The notes below the pieces were generated by a model, which was given only the letters and a program-made list of their open reading frames with translations, was not told the DNA's origin and ran no database searches. Below, piece after piece: positions 1 through 8,631 of a DNA stretch of 64,000 nt. Source of the stretch: Opitutales bacterium (lineage in GTDB: Bacteria > Verrucomicrobiota > Verrucomicrobiia > Opitutales > PNEW01). The stretch covers positions 585,721 to 649,720 of the forward strand of contig CBDANS010000006.1 of assembly GCA_965197745.1 (NCBI GenBank), given 5' to 3'. Numbering within the stretch: the first letter of the stretch is position 1; each line of letters begins with the position of its first letter. Both the position numbers and the translations under genes were made by a program.

Positions 1-1
1 C

Positions 2-292
2 GATGCCAGTGAGGAAGCGGTGCCCCACCTCTTGTTGGGAGAAGGGTCCTTCACGGTACCCTCGGGCAACCCCGGTTTGAGGATCACCGGAGGAGACTTG
101 CTGCAGACGAATGGCGCAGCGGTCGTCGTCGCGGAGAGTGGATCGACGACAACGGGATTTGAGACCCTGATAACCCAGAATAACTTTAAGTCCGACAACA
201 CACCTCAACCGACGCAGAGCATTAATGCGACTTTTGTAAACGAAGCCGGGAATGACCTCACGGTGACCATTGAAGAACTGACGATTGAATGA
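2..292 (+). CDS. 3' end of a secreted FG-GAP/Ig-like repeat protein (5' part outside window)
   Basis: The frame is open from nt 2 to the TGA at 290-292. DASEEAVPHLLLGEGSFTVPSGNPGLRITGGDL...TVTIEELTIE aligns colinearly with the C-terminus of the minus-strand gene 54181-57377 (DASGDAVPYLLFSDGSFTIPAGNPGMRITGGDL...TVTVEEITIE). Confidence 0.75.
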   Translation, partial: DASEEAVPHLLLGEGSFTVPSGNPGLRITGGDLLQTNGAAVVVAESGSTTTGFETLITQNNFKSDNTPQPTQSINATFVNEAGNDLTVTIEELTIE

Positions 293-846
293 TGCAATTG
301 CCGAATACTGATTTTCGATTTATTCCCTTTGTCAGGCAAGTAGGTGGAACGCGCTGTCCCTAGCGCGTTGAGGATATCACGATTGAAGAAGCGTGCTAGG
401 GACAGCCCGCTCCACCTTCAGCCATCACTCGTATCGTGATGCTGATGATATCCGATTTTTGATATCTGATATTCGATTTTCGAGGTGTTGGAGTTACTTC
501 AGATATCGAATATCGGATATCGTACTTCGTATATCTGTCAACTTAATGTTCGGGTTGCTTTTGATCCTACACAAGAAAGAGTTGGCCACTACCGAGCGTA
601 GCGAGATCTTACAATCCATGCAGATGTCGGAAGCCTATTGACATTCCCCTGGATTGCCGCGTCGAGCTACTCCTCGCAATGACAATTTTATAAAAACTCA
701 TTCTTGTGCCTTGTGGAAGATCTCGCTGCGCTCTGGTAGTGGCTATTTTTTCTTACTTCGCACATCGTATATCGCATATCGTACTTCGTATATCTGTTTT
801 TTGGTATCCGTTAAGCGCCTTTCCGACGATTAACTGAGCATCTTTT
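293..846. repeat. Repeat-filled spacer 1 (several nested inverted/direct repeats)
   Basis: IR 342-369/391-417 (AGGTGGAACGCGCTGTCCCTAGCGCGTT vs its imperfect complement). GATATC-rich IR 447-468/500-521. IR 586-610/717-742 enclosing a right-arm copy of the long-hairpin element (648-684, ...CTCCTCGCAATGACA). 22-nt direct repeat ATATCGTACTTCGTATATCTGT at 517-538 and 776-797. Heptad-like tract at 752-797. ORF 393..641 is a translation artefact of these repeats. Confidence 0.85.
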
Positions 847-1302
847 TTAATAAAACTCCATTTCTTGAATGGGGAGATAGAGTACTTCTTTAAAACCATT
901 CTTGAAGTCGTTCCAGAAATCATTTCTTAAGACTTCGGGAAAGAGTATCCTGTCAATCAATTCTTTTCTGTCGAACCAACCCGCTTCAACGATGTGCTCA
1001 CGCGCCGTTTCCGATTCCGCCACGTGCGGTGTCCCGGAGCGATAGTCACATAAAACCCAAACCTTTAATAATCTTAGCTCAGGATTATATAATTCTTCCA
1101 CATAGGCCATTTTACCTGGCTCGACATCTATGCTTGTCTCTTCCAGTACTTCCCTTTTCGCGGCATCGAAAACACTTTCAGATCCCTGGACGCCACCACC
1201 CGGAGCCACCAAAAAATCATAGGCTCCCTCTTTCTTGTGACGGACAAGCAAAATCTTCTCTTCATTGACAACGAGAGCTCCGGCGGAAATCCGATGAATC
1301 AT
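847..1302 (-). CDS. NUDIX hydrolase
   Basis: Nudix box GGGVQGSESVFDAAKREVLEETSI (GX5EX7REUXEEXGU). 151 aa. 4-nt start/stop overlap with the upstream VOC gene. Confidence 0.85.
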   Translation of the reverse strand: MIHRISAGALVVNEEKILLVRHKKEGAYDFLVAPGGGVQGSESVFDAAKREVLEETSIDVEPGKMAYVEELYNPELRLLKVWVLCDYRSGTPHVAESETAREHIVEAGWFDRKELIDRILFPEVLRNDFWNDFKNGFKEVLYLPIQEMEFY

Positions 1303-1685
1303 CGATTGCCCGGTTTTCTCTTATGAATGCCAATCTTGTTGCCATCGGGATCCGAGATGACCGCAATATAACAAGACCAGCACTCAGCGGGCCCAAGTTC
1401 TATGCTGACACCGCAGTCTTTAATGTGCTGGATAGCTTCGTCAAAGTCTTCGACTTCAAGAGAGAGTCCAGAACTTGGCTGTTCAGGGGGTTTACCATCT
1501 TCCCATGCCGTGGTTATAGCGAGCGTATTGGGACCAATTTCATATTCGAAAAATCCCCTGTCTGAATTTAATTCTCCATCCATGACTTTGGGTGGCGGAA
1601 GTCGAAGGACTTCTTCATAAAATTTTCGTGCACGCTTCATACTCTCTACGGGATGACCGACAAACGCGAATTCAGTAATTTTCAT
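1299..1685 (-). CDS. VOC (glyoxalase/bleomycin-resistance/dioxygenase) family protein
   Basis: 128 aa. Has the N-terminal FVGHPV..ARKFYEEVL and C-terminal DPDGNKIGI modules typical of single-domain VOC proteins. Confidence 0.75.
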   Translation of the reverse strand: MKITEFAFVGHPVESMKRARKFYEEVLRLPPPKVMDGELNSDRGFFEYEIGPNTLAITTAWEDGKPPEQPSSGLSLEVEDFDEAIQHIKDCGVSIELGPAECWSCYIAVISDPDGNKIGIHKRKPGNR

Positions 1686-2307
1686 GATTTACTCCTGTTC
1701 TCATAGTATAGTTAATAATATATGAGATAGACGAGGACGAAGAATTGATGTCTATCCCTTTACAATATAGCTGTGTATTCATCATTCCCATAAATTTAAT
1801 ACGGCCACGACGACGCGTGGCCCTCCAGGTAATAGGGTGATTATGGGATCATATGTGAATGTGGGGATGCGTAGATGCGTGAATGTGGGAACATGTGGAT
1901 ATGTGAATGAACTTTATGGAGGGACGCGCGTCGTCGCGTCCGCGTTTTATGTTAATTAGATGGAGATTAAGAAGTGTTGCATCACATGCAATAATCTTCG
2001 TCTACGTCTGCCTCCACCTCTTCGTCTTGAATTGAAATCTCAAATATTGTAAATAATTTATGGAGATAGACGAAGAATTGATGCATCTCTCATTACAATT
2101 TATCTGCTTATTCATCATTCCCATAAATTTAATATGGCCACGACGACGCGTGTCCCTCCAGGGAATTATGGATATGTGGGTAAGCGTATAAGAGGAAACG
2201 TGGGGTGAAATAACTGGAGGGACGCACGTCGTTGCGTCCGCGTATAATCCATTATATTCCGAACACCTGGCGGCCATGACGGAGCATGGCCCTCCATTAA
2301 TTTTCAT
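1686..2307. repeat. Repeat-filled spacer 2: two tandem composite units with REPIN-like inverted hairpin doublets
   Basis: ~100-nt direct repeat at 1724-1830 / 2063-2162. Doublet 1: hairpin+CCTCCA at 1803-1827 and TGGAGG+hairpin at 1917-1941, flanking a GTGAATG-type tract. Doublet 2: 2136-2160 and 2215-2239. A further unit lies at 2259-2296. ORF 2002..2307 is spurious. Confidence 0.85.
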
Positions 2308-3201
2308 TTATAATACCACTTTGGGGGTTGAATTTTCAGCTGGTTGATTATCATACCCGGGCCAATCATCGGCAATATATTTAACAACACTGTCCTCTTC
2401 ATTGGTTCCGATGATATGGCTCGCATGAGACTTTAATTCGTCAGAGCCGTTTGCCACGGCAATCGCACGATCGGATAACTTAAACATTTTAAGATCATTA
2501 GCGCTATCTCCGAAAGTAACGAGTTCCTGAATATCTTCCCTCCCGTTTCTCAAGACCTTCTGTATCCCTTTATCCTTGGAAGCCTCCCGATCCTGAAGCG
2601 TCAACCAGTACCATCCCGGGGAATACACATTTTCCAAACAATGCATCTCAACCATTTGATCGAAATCTTCTTCGATCGCGTGCGCCAATTCGAGCATCAC
2701 CTCTCTTTTACCGATTGTCGTGATACAAACCACATCATCGTCAAAAGAGTCGGAAATATTTTCAATTTTTCGCAACCGTGAATCATTATGAGCGACGAGG
2801 CTTTTATAATACCAGTCCATTCCTTCATTGGCAATCTCTGTAAAATAGAGACAATCCTGCTGCCCATTATAGGTTGAAATATAGGGCACGCAACCACGGT
2901 CATCTATAAGTTGGTAGATAGCTTCAACCGTCTCCCGATTGATTTCATTGATAACCTCATGATGACCTGTTTTGAGATCGGAAATGAATGCTCCATTTAA
3001 TTCAATGATCGGCAACTGAATTTCCAAACCTTCGAGTATCGGGCGCATTGAGACGACGCTTCGAGCGCTTGCAACCGTGAATTGCAGCCCATCGGCAATC
3101 ATTCCGTTAAGACAATGCTTGCTATACGAAGAAAGACTGGCGTCATCTCTAAGCAGAGTGCCGTCCAGATCGGAAATATAAATTACTTTATCGCTCATCA
3201 A
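2308..3201 (-). CDS. Cof-type HAD-IIB phosphatase
   Basis: Motif I DLDGTLL and motif IV GDSANDLKMF. 297 aa with a large cap region. Confidence 0.8.
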   Translation of the reverse strand: MMSDKVIYISDLDGTLLRDDASLSSYSKHCLNGMIADGLQFTVASARSVVSMRPILEGLEIQLPIIELNGAFISDLKTGHHEVINEINRETVEAIYQLIDDRGCVPYISTYNGQQDCLYFTEIANEGMDWYYKSLVAHNDSRLRKIENISDSFDDDVVCITTIGKREVMLELAHAIEEDFDQMVEMHCLENVYSPGWYWLTLQDREASKDKGIQKVLRNGREDIQELVTFGDSANDLKMFKLSDRAIAVANGSDELKSHASHIIGTNEEDSVVKYIADDWPGYDNQPAENSTPKVVL

Positions 3202-3236
3202 TAGGTTGGAATGGAGCTCTCCCCCTTAAATCCCCT

Positions 3237-4142
3237 CTACTTTTTTATCTCTAATAAATCATGATCACGCATCCAGTCGGCCCATCGGTGGTGCCAGGTT
3301 GAGACCGGAAGATCCCAGGTTTCCCCGTGATGTATGACATTGGGACGCAGACCGAAACCGTGTTCACCTTTTTCGTAGATGTGCATCTCTGCCGGCACCT
3401 TTGCTTTTTTAAGAGCCAGGTAGAAATTTATACTAGTTTCTGCCCAATCAATTGATTCTTCGTCGGTCAGGATAATAAAAGTGGGCGGGGTGTTAGAAGA
3501 AACTTTATCCACATTATTGGCTCCGTATTGAAGAACCAAATAGTCTGGCCTGGAACTGACTCTATCAATGGGATCCTCGGCGTCACTTATTCCATTATCA
3601 AATTCTGTTGCTGCATCCGCAGCTATCATCGCACCCGCTGAACCACCCATAATTATTATCTTATGAGAATCTATATTCCATTCTTCAGCTCGACTACGCA
3701 CCAACCTAATGGCGCGTTGCGCATCGTGAAGCGGGATGGGATGATCGAAAGGGGGAACAGTACGGTACTTAAGAACAAATCCAGCAACGCCGAGAGTATT
3801 CAACCATTCAGCAATTTCATATCCTCCCTTATCGATGGCGAGATACCTGAACCCTCCACCGGGACAAATTATTACTGAAGTCCCAGTCGCTTTGTTTTTT
3901 GAGGGCAGGTAAATCCTCAAGGTAGGTTCAGTAACATTATAGATGGCGCGATCAACGATACCGGTGGTACGATAGACAACTTCCTCATTGACTGTAAATT
4001 CCTCAGATCCCGGAGCCCCGTCTGGCCAAAGAGGAATTTCCGTGAATTGAGCACCAAAGGCCCGACAGGATAATAACAATAACGCTGTTAGTATTGCGAT
4101 TTTGAACAACCTGAACGTGTTATTAAATTTTATCATGATCAA
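3237..4142 (-). CDS. Secreted alpha/beta-hydrolase (esterase/lipase-like)
   Basis: N-terminal signal peptide (FKIAILTALLLLSCRAFGA), ICPGGGF oxyanion region, GGSAGA nucleophile elbow, C-terminal EKGEHGF. Confidence 0.75.
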   Translation of the reverse strand: MIMIKFNNTFRLFKIAILTALLLLSCRAFGAQFTEIPLWPDGAPGSEEFTVNEEVVYRTTGIVDRAIYNVTEPTLRIYLPSKNKATGTSVIICPGGGFRYLAIDKGGYEIAEWLNTLGVAGFVLKYRTVPPFDHPIPLHDAQRAIRLVRSRAEEWNIDSHKIIIMGGSAGAMIAADAATEFDNGISDAEDPIDRVSSRPDYLVLQYGANNVDKVSSNTPPTFIILTDEESIDWAETSINFYLALKKAKVPAEMHIYEKGEHGFGLRPNVIHHGETWDLPVSTWHHRWADWMRDHDLLEIKK

Positions 4143-4207
4143 TTATAATTACTGGTAAATATTGGATGCTTTATCTCTATCATCGTAGTCTGAAACCACA
4201 TTACGAG

Positions 4208-4675
4208 TCAAATGGGGTCGGACTGACTGATAGCAAACCAATATATCCAAAGAAGGATAACGACCTGCAGCGGGGCGCGTATCAGGAGATAAACGGGCCC
4301 CCAGGCATGACCTCCCATCGGGATATGATTTATCGCGGCGTAGACATTCGCGGGAAAGAATAAAATAAGCATGACTGCAGCAAACCATCCGGTGAATCGC
4401 CTCGTTTTTTTCGCAAGGAAACCCGCGGCAATTGCGAACTCCATGAATCCCGTTAGGTAAACTAGAAGCTCCCGCTCCGGGACCCACGGTGGTAACATGG
4501 CAGCCATCGGCTCGGTCATAATAAAGTGTCCCATACCCGTGAAAACGAACAAAATGGTCAGGCCGAGAGCGGCGGCGCGTTGAAGGTCAAATTCATGATG
4601 CAGCGCAGCTGACAGTAACCGTGCGACGGCATAAGGACCGATCATTAGTATCAGCATCAAAATTGGCGCTGTCAT
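4208..4675 (-). CDS. Small integral membrane protein (DoxX-like, tentative)
   Basis: 155 aa with about four hydrophobic helices. The family assignment is from memory only. The overlapping ORFs 4149..4487 and 4166..4363 are ignored. Confidence 0.5.
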   Translation of the reverse strand: MTAPILMLILMIGPYAVARLLSAALHHEFDLQRAAALGLTILFVFTGMGHFIMTEPMAAMLPPWVPERELLVYLTGFMEFAIAAGFLAKKTRRFTGWFAAVMLILFFPANVYAAINHIPMGGHAWGPVYLLIRAPLQVVILLWIYWFAISQSDPI

Positions 4676-4704
4676 TACAATTATCGGAGTTTTTCAGTCC
4701 CCTG

Positions 4705-5553
4705 CTAAGGTTTTTCACCACGTCTTAACCTCGCCTCGATATCATCTAAGCACGGCATCAGATCAGCAATGCTGTCGACAACATAGTGGGCCCCACGCTG
4801 GTACATGGTGGGGTAAATGCGATCCCGGTGTTTTTGTTTTACCTCGTCGGGGAAGGCGTTCCAATCTTCGAGCGGGACACCCACCTCATTGCCGGAAACA
4901 GCCAACCCAACGGCCCAGCAACCTGCATTGAGACCTTCCTCGATTCCGGTCAAGGTATCGTCGATTTTTACTACCGATTGCACCGGCGAAACGTCGAGTT
5001 CAATGATGTTACGCAATACCATGTGCGGGTAGGGACGTCCACGCTTCACATCGCCGGCTCCGTAGGTGGCGTCGGGGGCATAACCCTGTTTTTCCGCATC
5101 CGCCTGGTTGATGGCGAGCATGCCGGGTAGATATCCGGAAGTAGAACCAATCTTATAGCCACGCTTACGGCATTCTGCGACGACCTCGAGTGTGCCTGGT
5201 ATGAGTTTTGAGTATTGCGACAGGCAAGCTTCCTGCATGGGCACGAAATCTTTAAACATACGGTTCACGTCATCCGCAGTCGGTTCGGCGCCGTGGGTTT
5301 CAACCCAATGCCGGCTAACACTGGGAATTTCGCAGATCAATCCGATATGAACTTTCTTGTGCGCCCCCATGGGAATGCGTGCTTCCTCAAGGGTGATGGG
5401 GACGCCGGCTTTCTCAAACACCTGGCGGAAAACTACAGCCGGCGCCATGCAACCGAAGTCCAGGGTTGTGCCAGCCCAATCGAGGATGATGCCGCGGATC
5501 GGGCCACGGTATGCACGGTCGTATGTAAATTCACGTTCGTTTGTAAATTGCAT
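4705..5553 (-). CDS. phnX: Phosphonoacetaldehyde hydrolase (phosphonatase)
   Basis: DWAGTT nucleophile motif, cap-domain PMGAHKKVHI (Schiff-base Lys), GRPYPHM, KIDDTLTGIEEGLNAG. Colinear with characterised PhnX over its full length. Confidence 0.8.
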   Translation of the reverse strand: MQFTNEREFTYDRAYRGPIRGIILDWAGTTLDFGCMAPAVVFRQVFEKAGVPITLEEARIPMGAHKKVHIGLICEIPSVSRHWVETHGAEPTADDVNRMFKDFVPMQEACLSQYSKLIPGTLEVVAECRKRGYKIGSTSGYLPGMLAINQADAEKQGYAPDATYGAGDVKRGRPYPHMVLRNIIELDVSPVQSVVKIDDTLTGIEEGLNAGCWAVGLAVSGNEVGVPLEDWNAFPDEVKQKHRDRIYPTMYQRGAHYVVDSIADLMPCLDDIEARLRRGEKP

Positions 5554-6103
5554 AAGAAATGAACTTTATCCTGGGGGCTTTAGGGTTTCAGGTAAAGGGT
5601 ATTACTATCAGTTGCTGTGGTACCGGATATTATTGCACGTGGTTCAGCGCGATGTCGGTTATCTCCTTATTGTCATTGCGAGGCCACTAATATTAAATTA
5701 GCGGACGTGATTAGCCTCGTCCCGTTCCCCGGACGCGACGGAGCGCGTCCCTCCATTTTCTTCACCCTTAATATAGACATTGTATCTCAAAAAAAGATCA
5801 CCCTTCTGGAGGGCCACGCGTCGTCGTGGCCGTGGCGATCTAGAGCTATGTCGGCTTCTCCTCGGTACGATTGCTGATTGAATAAGAGAATGGCGGATGT
5901 CGGTTATCTCCATATTGTCATTGCGAGTCCTGCAACCGCAGAACGAAGCAATCCAGGGGATCGCCGGTTACGTGTTGATATTCGCCTGGATTGCTTCGTC
6001 GCAACGCTCCTCGCAATGACATGTGAGAAAGCAGACTTTACCGCATACGCGCATTTCCGTGTATTCGCTTATCCCCTTTTGTCTTCTTCATATTGCAAGC
6101 TGT
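5554..6103. repeat. Repeat-filled spacer 3
   Basis: Direct repeat GCG(A/G)ATGTCGGTTATCTCC(T/A)TATTGTCATTGCGAG at ~5650-5683 and ~5893-5927. Hairpin+CCTCCA at 5731-5755. TGGAGG+hairpin at 5807-5831. Full long-hairpin element at 5916-6021. ORFs 5617..5877, 5698..5913 and 5878..6117 are repeat translations (the ...DCFVATLLAMT type). Confidence 0.85.
5916..6021. repeat. Long-hairpin element copy B (GTCATTGCGAG ... CTCGCAATGAC)
   Basis: Outer arms TGTCATTGCGAG / CTCGCAATGACA. Inner arms ACGAAGCAATCCAGG / CCTGGATTGCTTCGT. Central hairpin at 5953-5989 with loop GCCGGTTACGTGTTGAT. Confidence 0.85.
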
Positions 6104-6187
6104 CTATTGTTGATTAACTCGAGTATAGAAATTGATAAGGTTACTTTCCGGTTCAATTTTGAGAACTTCCCTGTAAAATGCCCTCAA
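6104..6187 (-). pseudogene. Relic of a VOC gene (5' truncation plus in-frame internal deletion), paralogous to 12251..12646
   Basis: The minus strand reads RLRAFYREVLKIEPES|NLINFYTRVNQQ*. The intact paralog has ...RLRAFYREVLKIEPDSG...(~90 aa)...NLINFYTRVDQ*. The DNA of both pieces is about 90% identical to the intact gene. Confidence 0.75.
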
Positions 6188-6191
6188 ACGT

Positions 6192-6920
6192 TCAGGAAAA
6201 TTGGTTCTCAATCAACGCGGGAAGATCCTTGACGCTGGGAATGACGTGTGTGTGCCAATAGCTTCCCCATGCTTCGACCGGTCGAGGACCGCTCAGGACA
6301 CCGACAATTCCGCGACATCCGGCGTTGTATCCTTCCAGCATATCGGCGGGGGTATCGCCGATCTTGAGCACCTCGTGCACGCTCTGTATGTCAAGCTGTG
6401 TCATGGCGTAGTAAATCATGAAGGGGGCAGGTCGGCCGCGGTCGCCGGGAATATGCTCAACATCGACAGAAATATCGACCAATCCGTCTCGGACCCATCC
6501 CAAACCGTCCATGATCGCTTCTGTAATATCCCGGTGAAAACCTGTGTCAGTGGCCACCTTAATGCCGTGCTCGTGACACCACCGGAAGGTGTCTGAAGCT
6601 CCCTCGACCTCGCGGACTTCCTTGCTATAGTGATCGATCATGATCTGCGAATATCGATCGAAGATCTTCGTTGCTTCCTCTTTCGTTTCCGGATCGATGT
6701 TCTTCTCGAAATCTTCGATTGTAATGTCCTGCCCCCTCGCGCGGGCGATGAGAAACTGATAGAGATGAATCTTGTTCGTCCCCATGTGCAGAAGTATTTC
6801 GTCAGGTGTGGTTTTCAAATCGAATTCCACGGCTGCCTTGTAGAGACAGTCCCGGACCCCGGTGTCGTCGTGAACCGTTGTTCCTGAGAGATCAAACATG
6901 ACCATACTTAATTTGCTCAT
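6192..6920 (-). CDS. Phosphonatase-like HAD hydrolase (PhnX-like clade)
   Basis: FDLSGTT, cap MGTNKIHL (Lys retained), GRPAPFM (Arg in place of the usual HAD Lys), KIGDTPADMLEGYNAG. This is the signature set described for the TIGR03351-type PhnX-like family. Confidence 0.7.
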   Translation of the reverse strand: MSKLSMVMFDLSGTTVHDDTGVRDCLYKAAVEFDLKTTPDEILLHMGTNKIHLYQFLIARARGQDITIEDFEKNIDPETKEEATKIFDRYSQIMIDHYSKEVREVEGASDTFRWCHEHGIKVATDTGFHRDITEAIMDGLGWVRDGLVDISVDVEHIPGDRGRPAPFMIYYAMTQLDIQSVHEVLKIGDTPADMLEGYNAGCRGIVGVLSGPRPVEAWGSYWHTHVIPSVKDLPALIENQFS

Positions 6921-6989
6921 TCCTATTGTATTCCTTTCTAATTGGTTAATGGTTCAGACTTTCGCCTTCTATTCCGTGCCACCCGCGTT

Positions 6990-7718
6990 TCAACCCTGGC
7001 AGCTCGCGTGTAATTGAACAATTTCGGAAAGGGTAAGCATGGCGTCCGGTGAATCACCTAATTCCGCCACCACATGGTCAGCCTCTGAAAAATCTTCCTC
7101 TGCGCTATAGGCGCTGGTGGTTACGAGACAAATCATGCCGGCCGCTTTCGCAGCCAACAGGCCGTTTCGAGTATCCTCGACAACGACACAGTCTTGCGCC
7201 GAAACACTGAGTCGCTCCCGGGCGAGATTGTAGATTTCCGGGTCAGGCTTTTTATTTTGGACGATATCGCCGGCCAAAATTTCATCAAATTTCGCTTTTC
7301 TATGCGGGCCGAGTAACTTTTCCAAAATAAGGTTTACCGACCTCTCGTTTGAGGTGGAACAAACAGCCAGCTTAACACCGACCTCAATGGCTTCATCGAT
7401 TATTCGCTCCACCCCGGAGCGTAGCGGCAGTTCTCCTGAATCAATGATGCGCATGAATATATCGGTTTTCAGCGCATGTAATTCCTTTATAAATTTATCG
7501 CGGTCCTCTTCCCTTACTCCGGGCGGCCACCCATCGCCATGGAAGTGATGCCGCATGCGCTCCTTGCCCCCGGATATGGCCAAAAGTCGACCATATAGTT
7601 CAACGCTCCATTGCACATTCAATTCATATTGGGAAAATGCGCGGTTGAAGGACACCCGGTGTCCGTCGCGTTCAGTGTCGACCAACACGCCATCGCAATC
7701 AAAAATTAATGCTTTCAC
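6990..7718 (-). CDS. HAD-IA hydrolase, CbbY-like
   Basis: FDCDGVLVDTERDGHRVSFNRAF, KKPDPEIY, VEDTRNGLLAAKAAG. 4-nt overlap with the aldolase gene. Confidence 0.75.
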   Translation of the reverse strand: MKALIFDCDGVLVDTERDGHRVSFNRAFSQYELNVQWSVELYGRLLAISGGKERMRHHFHGDGWPPGVREEDRDKFIKELHALKTDIFMRIIDSGELPLRSGVERIIDEAIEVGVKLAVCSTSNERSVNLILEKLLGPHRKAKFDEILAGDIVQNKKPDPEIYNLARERLSVSAQDCVVVEDTRNGLLAAKAAGMICLVTTSAYSAEEDFSEADHVVAELGDSPDAMLTLSEIVQLHASCQG

Positions 7719-8590
7719 TTTACTGATGCCAAATCCTGCCCTTTACCAGATCCACCAAACTGCCGGATCTTTTCTCTAACAAGCTGCTTCATACTTGTAT
7801 ACTGGGCTTCCAACACCCGCAGCGGTTCGTAGTCGTCGGGATTGTCACGGTGGTAATCGGCAAACCCATCGATGAAGGCGTGCTTCAGGTTAGTCGAGAT
7901 ATTCACTTTAGCGCAGCCCGACTTTATGCAGCGCTGAATAATCTCGTTGGACAGTCCAGTTCCACCGTGAAGAGCCAGGGGTGTAGCCGTTCGGTGATAA
8001 ATTTCATCGATTAAATCAAAAGCAACATTGGGTGTTCCCTTGTAAAACCCGTGAGCGGTGCCAATAGCCGGAGCGAAAACACCCAGATCGAGTTCCCGGC
8101 AAAAAATTTCCGCTTTGTCTGGATCCGCCAGATGAGCATCCCCATTCCCAACGACAATCTCTTCTTCAACCCCGACGATTTCTCCCAATTCCGCTTCAAC
8201 ACCAACCCCCGCCGGAGTGGCCATCTCCAGAACCTGACGGGAGACAGCAAGATTCTCATCAAAAGGCAGGTGCGAGCCATCGATCATGACGGAAGTCCAC
8301 CCCGTTTCAATGCAACGGCGGATCATATCCAATTCTTTGCCGTGATCCAGATGGAGGACGACAGGGAAAGGTGAATGCTCCGCCAGATCCCGCATCCAAC
8401 CCGCTAATGTTTCATGCCCGTAATATCGCACTGTTTTGGCCGATGCCTGAACGATCACCGGGGCATTCTCTTCTTCCGCCGCGCGCACGATGGCTTTCAT
8501 GGAAGCGTAATCAACCGGGTTGAATGCTCCCACGGCATAACCTGCTTTAGATGCGGCTTTCAATATCGGATTCAAACTTACTAATGACAT
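7715..8590 (-). CDS. Class II ketose-bisphosphate (fructose/tagatose-bisphosphate-type) aldolase
   Basis: AVGAFN, VVLHLDHG, GTAHG, ALHGGTG. I prefer the ATG at 8590 (MSLVSLNP...) over the ORF-track start at 8641, which overlaps the ADH stop. Confidence 0.8.
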   Translation of the reverse strand: MSLVSLNPILKAASKAGYAVGAFNPVDYASMKAIVRAAEEENAPVIVQASAKTVRYYGHETLAGWMRDLAEHSPFPVVLHLDHGKELDMIRRCIETGWTSVMIDGSHLPFDENLAVSRQVLEMATPAGVGVEAELGEIVGVEEEIVVGNGDAHLADPDKAEIFCRELDLGVFAPAIGTAHGFYKGTPNVAFDLIDEIYHRTATPLALHGGTGLSNEIIQRCIKSGCAKVNISTNLKHAFIDGFADYHRDNPDDYEPLRVLEAQYTSMKQLVREKIRQFGGSGKGQDLASVK

Positions 8591-8631
8591 TTCATGCTCT
8601 TCTTTTGATTTTTTTAAATTCGGATTTGTAA

